A DNA stretch of 25,993 nt from a virus (IMGVR_UViG_3300046817_000266:1-25993), one strand, 5' to 3'; counted from the stretch's first letter, positions 8,147 to 16,490 are shown. Numbers and translations are program-made. Notes: a model not told the origin generated them from the letters alone.

Positions 8147-8490
8147 CCGAAGGCCCGCCCATCGACGCCATTGAGCCGGGTCAGACACGCGTCCAGGGAG
8201 CCGCTGGGCGCGGTCCTACGCCGTCCAACGTCGCGCCGCTGCGCCTGCCCGGCCACCTGACGCCCGAGGCGCACGCGGTGGCTATCGAGCGGATGTTTGA
8301 GGCGATGTGCCTCGCGGCGGCAGTGAACCGCGTAGCGGCAGAGGCTTACAAAATAACCTTTCGCATCGCCACCGTGTCGGCGCCGTTCGGTGAACACGGT
8401 CCAACCGTTGAAAGGCTACTGAAGGAACTGGCTCGACGGTTCGACGCATATCTGGCAACGCTGCCCAATCAGCCACCCCCGGCTGCATAG
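8143..8490 (+). CDS. Hypothetical protein
   Basis: 115 aa, ATGA-coupled to the upstream gene. Confidence 0.65.
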   Translation: MTEGPPIDAIEPGQTRVQGAAGRGPTPSNVAPLRLPGHLTPEAHAVAIERMFEAMCLAAAVNRVAAEAYKITFRIATVSAPFGEHGPTVERLLKELARRFDAYLATLPNQPPPAA

Positions 8491-8499
8491 GAGCGTGCC

Positions 8500-9672
8500 A
8501 TGGCCACGTTGACGGTATCCCAAGGTCAGTCGATCCAGTCTGCGATTGATGCGGCGTCACCCGGCGATACGATCGACGTGACCGCTGGTAGCTACAACGA
8601 CCAGTTCCTGACGGTCGAAAAGAGCGTCACACTGCAAGCGGTCGGCGGCGAAGTGGTGATGACCGAGGATCAGTCACCACCCGATGGCAAGGCGATGATT
8701 ACGGAGGGCCAACCCGGTGTCACTGTGGCGATCAACGGGTTCGATATTGGCGGGGTGGCTGTATCGGATGGAAATGGGGCTGCGATCCGCTATGAGGGCG
8801 GTAGTCTCACCCTCACCGACGACTATTTCCACAACAACCAAGAAGGACTGCTCGGTGCCGCCGATAGCAACGGCAGTATTGCCATCGACCATTCGGAATT
8901 CGCCTTCAACGGCGACGGCAGCGGATCAACGCATAACATCTATATTGGCGCCATTGCCTCGTTCAGTCTCACCAACAGCTATGTCCATGATGCCGTCGTT
9001 GGACACGAAATCAAATCCCGCGCCGCGTCCAACACCATCACCAGCGACCGCATCTTCGACAACAACGGCAGTGCCAGCTATTCGATCGATCTGCCAAACG
9101 GCGGCAATGCGAACATCTCTGACAATCAAATCGAGCAAGGGCCGAACACCCAGAACCCGTTCATAATCGCCTATGGCGAGGAAGGCGCCAGCAACCCTGG
9201 CACCAACGTCGCGATCACCAACAACACCGTGGTCAACGATGACTCGCGGGGCGCTGGCATCCTCGATCCCAACGGAACACCGCTCGGACTATCTGGGAAT
9301 CAGGTGTTTGGCCTGCCCGCGTCCAGCTTTGGCAGCGACACTGTCCATTTGGACAACCGGCCTAGCCTCGACACCGCGTCGCTGGTGTTCATTACACAAC
9401 CAGCAGGATCACCGCCACCAACAGAACCACCACCGCCGCCATCACCACCATCCCCGCCGCCACCGCCAATTGTGCCCCCGACACCGCCGCCTCCCGCGCT
9501 GACGCTCGATCAATACCACGCCGTCACGCTGGCGGATTTCCAGACCTACGCGGCGACGCATCCGAGCGTCTGGACCAACTCGGCCGCGCTCACCGCGATC
9601 GTCAGCGAACTGACCTCGACCAGTGTGCTGACCACGCCGCTAGCAGGCGATCTATGGAGTCCGCATCCATGA
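8500..9672 (+). CDS. Right-handed parallel beta-helix (pectin-lyase-like fold) protein with poly-Pro linker
   Basis: SIQSAIDAASPGDTIDVTAGSY cap motif and repeated turns (DYFHNN, SEFAFNG, SYVHDA, DRIFDN, NQIEQ, NNTVVN); AGGAG SD; no signal peptide. Confidence 0.85.
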   Translation: MATLTVSQGQSIQSAIDAASPGDTIDVTAGSYNDQFLTVEKSVTLQAVGGEVVMTEDQSPPDGKAMITEGQPGVTVAINGFDIGGVAVSDGNGAAIRYEGGSLTLTDDYFHNNQEGLLGAADSNGSIAIDHSEFAFNGDGSGSTHNIYIGAIASFSLTNSYVHDAVVGHEIKSRAASNTITSDRIFDNNGSASYSIDLPNGGNANISDNQIEQGPNTQNPFIIAYGEEGASNPGTNVAITNNTVVNDDSRGAGILDPNGTPLGLSGNQVFGLPASSFGSDTVHLDNRPSLDTASLVFITQPAGSPPPTEPPPPPSPPSPPPPPIVPPTPPPPALTLDQYHAVTLADFQTYAATHPSVWTNSAALTAIVSELTSTSVLTTPLAGDLWSPHP

Positions 9673-9887
9673 GCGACGAAGTCAAAACCCTGCGCGAGAA
9701 AGAACTGGCGCACGACGACGGCAAGCCGTGGGGCCACATCACCAACGACGGTGTGTGGCATCTATTGCCCAAGACGCCGCTGTTGCTGGCTGACCTCGGG
9801 CCGCCACCCTTTCAGGTGACGCTGCCCAGCGGACAGGTCAGGCACGTGGTGCATGAACCACCAGAGCAAGGGATGCCCGGCGCATGA
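9669..9887 (+). CDS. Hypothetical protein
   Basis: Start 9669 by ATGA overlap and GGAG SD. Confidence 0.65.
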   Translation: MSDEVKTLREKELAHDDGKPWGHITNDGVWHLLPKTPLLLADLGPPPFQVTLPSGQVRHVVHEPPEQGMPGA

Positions 9888-10117
9888 AGAATGAGTCTAT
9901 GACCGGCGAGACCCTGGCGCGCGCGCTGCGATACCGCATCCAAGATTTGGAAGCCGAGCGAGACGATCTGCGCAGCACGCTTGCCGAACAGGCGCGCTGT
10001 ATCGCTGACCAGCAACGCCAGATCATCGAGCTACGCGCGGCCGTGGACGTGCTGTTGCAGCCTGCGCCCTCGGAATTGCTGGCCAAGAACATGGCGCATC
10101 CGTCGCGTGGCAAATGA
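9884..10117 (+). CDS. Hypothetical coiled-coil protein
   Basis: 77 aa, heptad-like RIQDLEAERDDLRSTLAEQ; coupled overlaps on both sides. Confidence 0.65.
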   Translation: MKNESMTGETLARALRYRIQDLEAERDDLRSTLAEQARCIADQQRQIIELRAAVDVLLQPAPSELLAKNMAHPSRGK

Positions 10118-10326
10118 CCGACGACCTCGCCGAGCATATCAGCCTGATGGCGGCGTCGCTCTATGCGCCGATGCTGGCGTCATACCTGACCTCGGGGCGG
10201 GGCGTCACAGAGGAGAATATGGCACATCTGCGGGCGACAGCGATCACCCAGGCGCTGGCGTTATGGCTTGAGACGGTGTCGGCAGACTTAGAGTCGTTTC
10301 AAAAAACGCCAACTTCCGGCCACTAA
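10114..10326 (+). CDS. Hypothetical protein
   Basis: 70 aa, ATGA-coupled. Confidence 0.65.
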   Translation: MTDDLAEHISLMAASLYAPMLASYLTSGRGVTEENMAHLRATAITQALALWLETVSADLESFQKTPTSGH

Positions 10327-10425
10327 GCCATTGTTGTCAAAAGACGCGTTTTCTTTTCGGAATGACTTCCACCCGTGTTTCACTGCATCCGTCCCAATCC
10401 GGGGCACCTTTGCAAAGGAACCACA

Positions 10426-11109
10426 ATGCGTAACATCTTACTCGCCACGGCGGCGCTGATCGGGCTGGCTGGCACCGCCAACGCCACCCAGATTATCGAC
10501 TTCGGTCAGGTCGGTCTGGCCGCTACCGTCACCGGCACCGCCAACGCTGGCGGCACCTCCACCACCATCTCCATCAGCAACGCTCCGGTGCTGATCGACC
10601 AGTTGCTCGGCGCCACCACCCCGCCCGCCATCGCCGCTTTCGTCACCTTCGCCGCGACCTCGACCGGCGGTATCATCGGCGTCGGCAATGCCGTCGTGCA
10701 GCACTACAACGGCACGTTCTCGGTCTGCTCGACCTTGAACTGCGCGGGCGTCGGCAACGTCAACGATCTGAGCGGCACCTTCACCGACGCCGCGTTCGGT
10801 CTGCTGACCGGCTCGCAGCTTTCGGTCAACATCAGCAACCCGCCTGACACGCTGTCGCTGACTTCCAGCGTGATCCCGGCCAGCGACCTGTTGGCGCCGT
10901 CCAGCTTCACCCTGTCACTGGCCAGCGTGGTCAGCCCTGACGGTGGCGGCCTGGAAGTGAAGAACAACACCCTCCAGTCGTTCACCGCCGGGTTTAGCGG
11001 CATCGCCAACGCCAGTGCGGCTGCGGTGCCCGAGCCGGGTTCGCTTGCCCTGGTTGGTCTTGGCTTGCTCGGCATCGGCTTCGTTCGCCGTCAGAGCCGT
11101 CGCACATAA
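10426..11109 (+). CDS. PEP-CTERM sorting domain protein 1
   Basis: Sec signal peptide MRNILLATAALIGLAGTANA; C-terminus VPEPGSLALVGLGLLGIGFVRRQSRRT (PEP motif, TM helix, Arg cluster); AAAGGA SD. Confidence 0.93.
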   Translation: MRNILLATAALIGLAGTANATQIIDFGQVGLAATVTGTANAGGTSTTISISNAPVLIDQLLGATTPPAIAAFVTFAATSTGGIIGVGNAVVQHYNGTFSVCSTLNCAGVGNVNDLSGTFTDAAFGLLTGSQLSVNISNPPDTLSLTSSVIPASDLLAPSSFTLSLASVVSPDGGGLEVKNNTLQSFTAGFSGIANASAAAVPEPGSLALVGLGLLGIGFVRRQSRRT

Positions 11110-11143
11110 GGGGAGGAACAAACCCCACATCTGGGAGCAACTA

Positions 11144-11187
11144 CCGGGGCGGCGCTGACCCCTTGCAAGGACGCCGCCCTGGGTTTT
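11144..11187 (+). terminator. Terminator/attenuator-like hairpin between the PEP-CTERM genes
   Basis: 11-bp stem CCGGGGCGGCG / CGCCGCCCTGG (one G-U pair) followed by GTTTT. Confidence 0.5.
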
Positions 11188-11207
11188 CTAACAAAGGATA
11201 CGTCACC

Positions 11208-11870
11208 ATGAAACGCTTACTCCTCTCCACCGCCATTGTCTGTGGCGCGCTATGGTTCCATCCACAGCACGCCTCTGCTGATGTGATCTATACGCTCGAC
11301 ACCACCAATGATTTCGGTGTCTCGGGTGCTGGACCTTATGCTCAGGTCGATATCCACTTCATTGACAGCACCCACGCCACCGCGAACTTCACCCGTCTTG
11401 GCGTGTTTAGCTTCGGCGAGATGGGCCTCGATGTTAACGCCAGCACGTTCGGCATCACCAACCTGTCGTTCACCCAACGTGTTGGGGATTCCCAGACCCC
11501 GTCGTATACCGTGAGTTTTGGCACCAAGGTTGGCGGCGTCGGCAATTTCGCCCTCGACTACACGGTCAACCCCAATGGGTTTTCCGACTCAGTCACCCAG
11601 GCCAGCTTTGACATCCACAACACCTCGGGCACCTGGGCGGATGAAACCCAGGTGCTGACCGCCTCGGTGCCGGAAGCGGCGGCCCATGTGTTCAATCCGA
11701 ACGCACCGGCCAACAACAATTCGTTCTTCGCGTCAGGCGGTCCAACCACATGCGACGACTGCGTGATCAACCCGACTGACGGTGGCTCAGTGCCCGAACC
11801 GGCGTCCATCGCCATCCTCGGCCTGGGCGTCCTCGGCATCGGCGCCGTGACCGCCAGAAAGCGGCGCTGA
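11208..11870 (+). CDS. PEP-CTERM sorting domain protein 2
   Basis: Signal peptide MKRLLLSTAIVCGALWFHPQHASA; C-terminus VPEPASIAILGLGVLGIGAVTARKRR; AAAGGA SD. Confidence 0.93.
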   Translation: MKRLLLSTAIVCGALWFHPQHASADVIYTLDTTNDFGVSGAGPYAQVDIHFIDSTHATANFTRLGVFSFGEMGLDVNASTFGITNLSFTQRVGDSQTPSYTVSFGTKVGGVGNFALDYTVNPNGFSDSVTQASFDIHNTSGTWADETQVLTASVPEAAAHVFNPNAPANNNSFFASGGPTTCDDCVINPTDGGSVPEPASIAILGLGVLGIGAVTARKRR

Positions 11871-11927
11871 TACCAGCGGGCCGGGGGTGCAAGCCCGGCC
11901 CGCGCCCATCTCATGGGAAACTGAAGT

Positions 11928-12212
11928 ATGTGGTTGCCAGACCCAATCATCACCGAAGTCAACAACGTGGCGCGCATTCACTACGTCGCCAAACTCGATT
12001 GCAAAGTTTGGAACGAACACCGCAAACCCAACGAACTACGCCTGCTCACCGGCTGGTGCTGGCAGGCCAAGCATGGCGGTAAATTCCAGCTTGGACTGAA
12101 AACCAAGACCGCCTGCTATCGCGACGCCTATTATGCCCTGGTCGCGGGCACCGCCACGCCCTCGCTGAGCCGCCCCCGGCTGCGCGTGGTGGATAACCGA
12201 AAGACCGCGTGA
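11928..12212 (+). CDS. Hypothetical basic protein
   Basis: 94 aa with protein-like composition; overlaps the start of the next gene. Confidence 0.65.
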   Translation: MWLPDPIITEVNNVARIHYVAKLDCKVWNEHRKPNELRLLTGWCWQAKHGGKFQLGLKTKTACYRDAYYALVAGTATPSLSRPRLRVVDNRKTA

Positions 12213-12694
12213 TGCCCTTCGCCGCAGGCCCCGCCACACCGCAACAGATCGCCGCGTATGGCCACATCGCCATCGCGCTGCGCGATTACCTGAAACGCAC
12301 CGGCAAGGACATTGGTGATCTCAACAAAGCGATCAATATGCCACGCGGCCATACCTCGGTTTATCATTGGCTCAACGGCAAGGGCGGCCCCGGCCCCGAG
12401 AACCGCGTCAAGCTGGCCAAGCTGCTCGGCTGCCAGCCCGATGACCTCGCCGCCAAGGTGCGTGCGCGCGTGCCAGACGGCGTCAAGGCTATCCCCGCAC
12501 CGTCTGCACCCCGCACCGCCTCGGGCGCCGCCTGGGTGTCCCCCAGGCGGGCGGACGCGCTGGCATTCGTGGTCACCGCCCAGGGCGAGGCCCATATCAA
12601 GCTGGACGTGACGCTGCCGCTCGCCGAAGGCTCGGCGCTGCTGCGGATGTTGCTCGACGCGGGCGTCGTGTTCAGCCCGAGCGACGAAAAATGA
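12209..12694 (+). CDS. XRE/Cro-like HTH transcriptional regulator
   Basis: LRDYLKRTGKDIGDLNKAI...SVYHWLNGKGGPGPENRVKLAKLLGCQPDDL; start GTG 12209 or ATG 12212. Confidence 0.8.
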   Translation: MMPFAAGPATPQQIAAYGHIAIALRDYLKRTGKDIGDLNKAINMPRGHTSVYHWLNGKGGPGPENRVKLAKLLGCQPDDLAAKVRARVPDGVKAIPAPSAPRTASGAAWVSPRRADALAFVVTAQGEAHIKLDVTLPLAEGSALLRMLLDAGVVFSPSDEK

Positions 12695-12870
12695 AGCAGT
12701 GCCGGTTCGGTCATCTGCTACACAGCCGCAACGCGACGTTGATGCGTCATTCCCAAACCGGCAAATCCTGGCTGCGATGTCTGGTCTGCCACGCCGCACG
12801 GCAGCGGAAATTTAGGCATGAAAAAAGCCCCGCCATCGCTGGCGGGGCCAAGGCTGTCCAATCTCGATAG
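12691..12870 (+). CDS. Small putative zinc-finger protein (CxxGH...CxxC), 59 aa
   Basis: Not in ORF track. MKQCRFGHLLHSRNATLMRHSQTGKSWLRCLVCHAARQRKFRHEK...; ATGA overlap with the upstream stop. Confidence 0.65.
   Translation: MKQCRFGHLLHSRNATLMRHSQTGKSWLRCLVCHAARQRKFRHEKSPAIAGGAKAVQSR
12821..12848 (-). terminator. Rho-independent terminator of the leftward tail operon
   Basis: Minus strand GCCCCGCCA-GCGA-TGGCGGGGC-TTTTTT, just downstream of the last leftward gene. Confidence 0.88.
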
Positions 12871-12880
12871 GCTGACTATA

Positions 12881-13078
12881 TCACACGTCGCGATCCACCG
12901 CGAACCATTGATTGCGGTTGATGGTCACGGTGCGGCTGGCCTGCGTGGCGGGATCATAGAGCGTGATGTCCATGTTCCCCGGCCGCCATGAATTGGCGAT
13001 GCCGGTGACGGACGATCCCAGCCACACGTCGCCGAATTTGACCGCGCTCACTTGCACCGTGACGCGTTGCAGGCTCAT
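12881..13078 (-). CDS. Hypothetical protein
   Basis: Start moved to 13078 (MSLQRVTVQV..., ATGA overlap); 65 aa, beta-rich. Confidence 0.65.
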   Translation of the reverse strand: MSLQRVTVQVSAVKFGDVWLGSSVTGIANSWRPGNMDITLYDPATQASRTVTINRNQWFAVDRDV

Positions 13079-13281
13079 TGCACCCGCGCCTCGCCGTCCA
13101 TCTTGGATGGCGTGCTGTGCATCGGCGGCATCTGCTGCCCCTGCAATTGCGACTGCGCCTGCTTCTGCAATTCGGCGATCAATTCGGCGACCTCGCCGAA
13201 CGGCTGCTTGGCCAACGTGCCCATGATCTGGTTGGCCTGTATCATGTTCAGCGTCCAAACGATTTCCGGGTCTTTAGGCAT
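13075..13281 (-). CDS. Hypothetical protein downstream of the tail fibre
   Basis: 68 aa, AGGAG SD, LAKQPFGEVAELIAELQKQAQSQ helical motif. Confidence 0.7.
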   Translation of the reverse strand: MPKDPEIVWTLNMIQANQIMGTLAKQPFGEVAELIAELQKQAQSQLQGQQMPPMHSTPSKMDGEARVQ

Positions 13282-13290
13282 ATGCGTCTC

Positions 13291-13725
13291 CTATGTTGGT
13301 GGGGTGTAGGTGGCAACGACGGAATTTGACGTTGCCGAGGCGGCACCGATGAGGTTAGCCGCCGTCACGCTACAGGTGAAAGTGCTACCTTCGTCAGTTG
13401 CTGTAACGGCACAGAAAGGCCCAACCATCGTCACGTCAGTGGCATTGCTGAGCCATTGGTAGGTATAGTGGTTTGGTTCGTTGGTCCAGTTGCCCATCGT
13501 GCAATTCAACAGGTTCCCCGACTGCGACAGATACGGCGTATCAACCACCACAGGCGCGGCCGTGGGCAGCGGTGGTCCTACCGGGGTCGGAAGCACCGTC
13601 GCCGGTTGCCACGGGTGTTCGATGATTGGGCCTGCTGGCGGATATAGCGCCGAGGCTGGTGGCTGGGTGGGCGGCGTCGGAATTGTCGTGCCGGGATCGA
13701 CCTCTGGCTGATCGGATTCAGACAT
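13291..13725 (-). CDS. Pro-rich, Ig-like domain protein
   Basis: Pro-rich N-terminus followed by LNCTMGNW..YTYQW..DEGSTFTCSVTAAN, an Ig-like beta-sandwich pattern. Confidence 0.65.
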   Translation of the reverse strand: MSESDQPEVDPGTTIPTPPTQPPASALYPPAGPIIEHPWQPATVLPTPVGPPLPTAAPVVVDTPYLSQSGNLLNCTMGNWTNEPNHYTYQWLSNATDVTMVGPFCAVTATDEGSTFTCSVTAANLIGAASATSNSVVATYTPPT

Positions 13726-15766
13726 GACGTGCCTCCAAGGCTGCGATCTTGCGGTTGAGTTGCGCGATGGCGCGGAACAGATGCGCGAACAGCGCGGGCG
13801 GATCGAGATGATCGACCGGTGGTTCGTCGCCCTCAGACGGCGCTTCCATCACCGCGTCTGGCAATGTCATACGAACATCGGTCGAGATCATCCCATAAGG
13901 GACGGGCGCAGCGCGGTAGTCCTCGCGCCATTCAAATGACTTCGTCGGCGTGGCACAGATCGCGCTTAGGCTGTCGAAATCATCCGCCTCTCGGATGTTA
14001 CGTTTGAAACGAGGATCGGACCGGTAGGTGTTGGCCAGCCATCCCGAATTGTCGCTGTCGGTCCACTGCAACGAGGTGCTATACATTTGCAGATTGCGGA
14101 CGCGCTGGTTATTGCCAACGATGACTTCCTTTTCCCAGCCGTTGATCCGGCACCACATCCAGTTGCCGTCCCAGCGCCAACCGATCTGCACGCCGTTGCC
14201 GTTATACATGACGCCATCAGCATTGAGCGAAGCGCCACCGCCGTCGTAGGAATAGACTTGGGTGTGAGCCTGCACGATGCTGCCAGAATAAAGCACGGTG
14301 GCGGCCATTGTGCCGCCTACGTTGGCGTCGTTGTTGACGGTAAAGTGGCCATTGAAAACACCGGCGCCGTTGCAACTAAAATAGTTGGTAACGATCGAGC
14401 CAGCCGCAGCCACTTGGTTGCCGACCCACAGGCTGCCGTTGATTGATGCGGAGCCATAAAATGTCATATAGCCGTTGTTGTCGAATACCACGTCCGCGCG
14501 CAACGGATTGCCGTTGCCATCCATTTGCCCGAGCCACAGGCCGGTGCCATCGACCCACATGCCCTTGGCAACGCCGCCGGTCCAGTAGCAGCACACCGAA
14601 GGTGCGACACCACCACCGCTCAGACCACTGGCGGAAATGATGCGACTGCCATCAACTCTCAGGATGTTACGGACATATAAACTTCCAGTGCCATCCAACG
14701 TCATGATCCAGGCGCCGGGCGCGGCCCAGGCGCGCAACCCGCTCTGGCCGTCCCAGGCGTCATACCAACTTCCCGCCCATTGCCGGTAGCGGTAGCGGCC
14801 ATCCCAGAAATTGGCGAAATCGGTGTAACCGAAAAACGTCGTGGAGTGGTGGAATGCAGTGCCAAACACTTCAAGCGGCGCGTATACGTTCAATTGCCCA
14901 GAAAGATTTCCGCCACCGAGTGGCAGGTAACCCCCGACCACGGCGCCGACCCAGCTTTGCATGGCGATCTGGCCGACAAAGGTGCCGTCCACCGCCACAT
15001 TGACGTTGCCGTCCCAGCCGAACGCGATATGGTGCTGCGCCCAATAACCGCCGAGACCATTGTAGGAAATCCCGGTGCTGCCGACGCCGAGTGCGCCGCT
15101 CATCACATCGCCAGCCAGTCGCACATAAGGCAGCGACGCACCATTGACGGTGGGGCCATGACTGAAGTTCACCACGCCCGTGGCACGGTTGATGCTTAGC
15201 GGTGTGTCGAGATAGCCGCCCTGGTCGTTGAAACTGTTGATGTCAAAATTGGAACCCGAGTTGCCGCCCTGCTCAGGTGCGTTGTCGGGCAGAAACACTT
15301 GCCAGCGCGCGAACGTGCCGGTGTAGCCAGCAAGAAAGGCATACTGTCCTTGCTGACGTGTCAGGTTGATCGCTACTGAGCCAGATGGCGCGGTGATGCC
15401 GAGCGTGCTGGCATTGATCTGAAGCGGGCCGGAAAGGGCGCCTCCTGTGAGCGGCAGGAAGTTGGTGCCGATCGAACTCTGTGCGACATGGACAAGGGCG
15501 GCGCGGAAATGGGTTTCCAATGCCGTCATCCCAGCGGGCGTGCCGTCGTCCAGCATGTCCTGATTGATTTCATCGACGGTGAACTGACCGATCATGGCGC
15601 TGATCAGCGATGCCTGCCGCCAGACTTTGTTCAGTTGGATCGACAGCGCGGTGCCGGTGGAAAATCCGAGGATGCGCGCGGTAAACCCGGTCGCGATGTA
15701 TTGCGACTGCGGCAACACGTCGGCTGCCGGATCGCCCGCGAATGTCAGGAAGTCATTGGTTGCCAT
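13718..15766 (-). CDS. Tail fibre with C-terminal peptidase S74-type intramolecular chaperone
   Basis: Baseplate-anchoring N-terminus (MATNDFLTFA..GFSTGTA.SIQLNKVWRQAS), three LPLxGG-type repeats, SDPRFKRNI autocleavage motif and terminal coiled-coil. Confidence 0.88.
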   Translation of the reverse strand: MATNDFLTFAGDPAADVLPQSQYIATGFTARILGFSTGTALSIQLNKVWRQASLISAMIGQFTVDEINQDMLDDGTPAGMTALETHFRAALVHVAQSSIGTNFLPLTGGALSGPLQINASTLGITAPSGSVAINLTRQQGQYAFLAGYTGTFARWQVFLPDNAPEQGGNSGSNFDINSFNDQGGYLDTPLSINRATGVVNFSHGPTVNGASLPYVRLAGDVMSGALGVGSTGISYNGLGGYWAQHHIAFGWDGNVNVAVDGTFVGQIAMQSWVGAVVGGYLPLGGGNLSGQLNVYAPLEVFGTAFHHSTTFFGYTDFANFWDGRYRYRQWAGSWYDAWDGQSGLRAWAAPGAWIMTLDGTGSLYVRNILRVDGSRIISASGLSGGGVAPSVCCYWTGGVAKGMWVDGTGLWLGQMDGNGNPLRADVVFDNNGYMTFYGSASINGSLWVGNQVAAAGSIVTNYFSCNGAGVFNGHFTVNNDANVGGTMAATVLYSGSIVQAHTQVYSYDGGGASLNADGVMYNGNGVQIGWRWDGNWMWCRINGWEKEVIVGNNQRVRNLQMYSTSLQWTDSDNSGWLANTYRSDPRFKRNIREADDFDSLSAICATPTKSFEWREDYRAAPVPYGMISTDVRMTLPDAVMEAPSEGDEPPVDHLDPPALFAHLFRAIAQLNRKIAALEARHV

Positions 15767-15785
15767 GGTTGGCGTGCCCCTTGTT

Positions 15786-16490
15786 TTATACCGTCAGAAC
15801 GATGACGCCCCACGCTCCCTGATTGAAGCCGCCCAGCGGTCCGCCTTGCGAGCCGTCGATGTTGAATGCAAAAATCTGTTCCGTAGACACGGTTGATTCG
15901 ATGAAATTGACATGCACGCCGCTGGGCTTCACCGGGAAGTCCTGTTCCAGCACTCTGAGCAACAGCGAGTTGATCAGCACGCCGGGTATCAGCACGTCCA
16001 TCGCCATACGACCGGGCGGCGTGTCGCCCAAATCCTGAATGACAGTACCGGGAAACACCCGGTCCAGATCGTCAGCAATGCCTGGAACAGTGCCGTCCCA
16101 CTGGTTGGCAATCGCCTGTAATTTCAACACCGACCGATAGGTGTCATCGTCCAGTGCGGTGATCTGATCAACCGGGTCATACTGGCCGAGCCAGATGCCC
16201 TGATTGAACCCGGTGCGCGGGCTGTCGCCCGGTGTGCCGTCGTAACTGTCGTTGAAGGAAAAGAACACCCCTGCGACCGGGGTTTCCACATAGCGGGTGC
16301 GCCCGATCCATTGCCCGACCTGATCAAGCTGCACACCGACAGCGGTATCCAGATCGAAATCCGCCGTCAGCTTGGCCAGCATGTCCTGCGCGTCGATCAG
16401 CGGCTGCACCAGCACGGCGACCGTGTTGACGAAACGCGGTTTGTCGCTATGCCATGAGGTGATCCGGCCGATGTAATCAGCGAGTGTCAT
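15786..16490 (-). CDS. Baseplate wedge protein (DUF2612-like)
   Basis: FDLDTAVGVQLDQVGQWIGRTR, LDDDTYR, NQWDGT, KPSGV; lies between baseplate J and the fibre. Confidence 0.88.
   Translation of the reverse strand: MTLADYIGRITSWHSDKPRFVNTVAVLVQPLIDAQDMLAKLTADFDLDTAVGVQLDQVGQWIGRTRYVETPVAGVFFSFNDSYDGTPGDSPRTGFNQGIWLGQYDPVDQITALDDDTYRSVLKLQAIANQWDGTVPGIADDLDRVFPGTVIQDLGDTPPGRMAMDVLIPGVLINSLLLRVLEQDFPVKPSGVHVNFIESTVSTEQIFAFNIDGSQGGPLGGFNQGAWGVIVLTV

Noticed and set aside
9410-9500. CCA/CCG-rich repeat tract as a DNA repeat element or array
   Set aside because: Explained by the poly-Pro linker codons; no repeat-spacer structure.
10399-10414. Sigma54-like GGCAC...TTGCA upstream of PEP-CTERM gene 1
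   Set aside because: Attractive because host PEP-CTERM genes are often sigma54-controlled, but the GG-N10-GC spacing is not met and the site overlaps the SD region.
11660-11690. Internal SVPEAAAH in PEP-CTERM protein 2 as a second sorting signal
   Set aside because: Lacks the second Pro, the TM helix and the basic cluster.
13718-15766. Diversity-generating retroelement or invertible tail-fibre cassette
   Set aside because: No reverse transcriptase, invertase or second near-identical copy of any fibre segment seen in the window.
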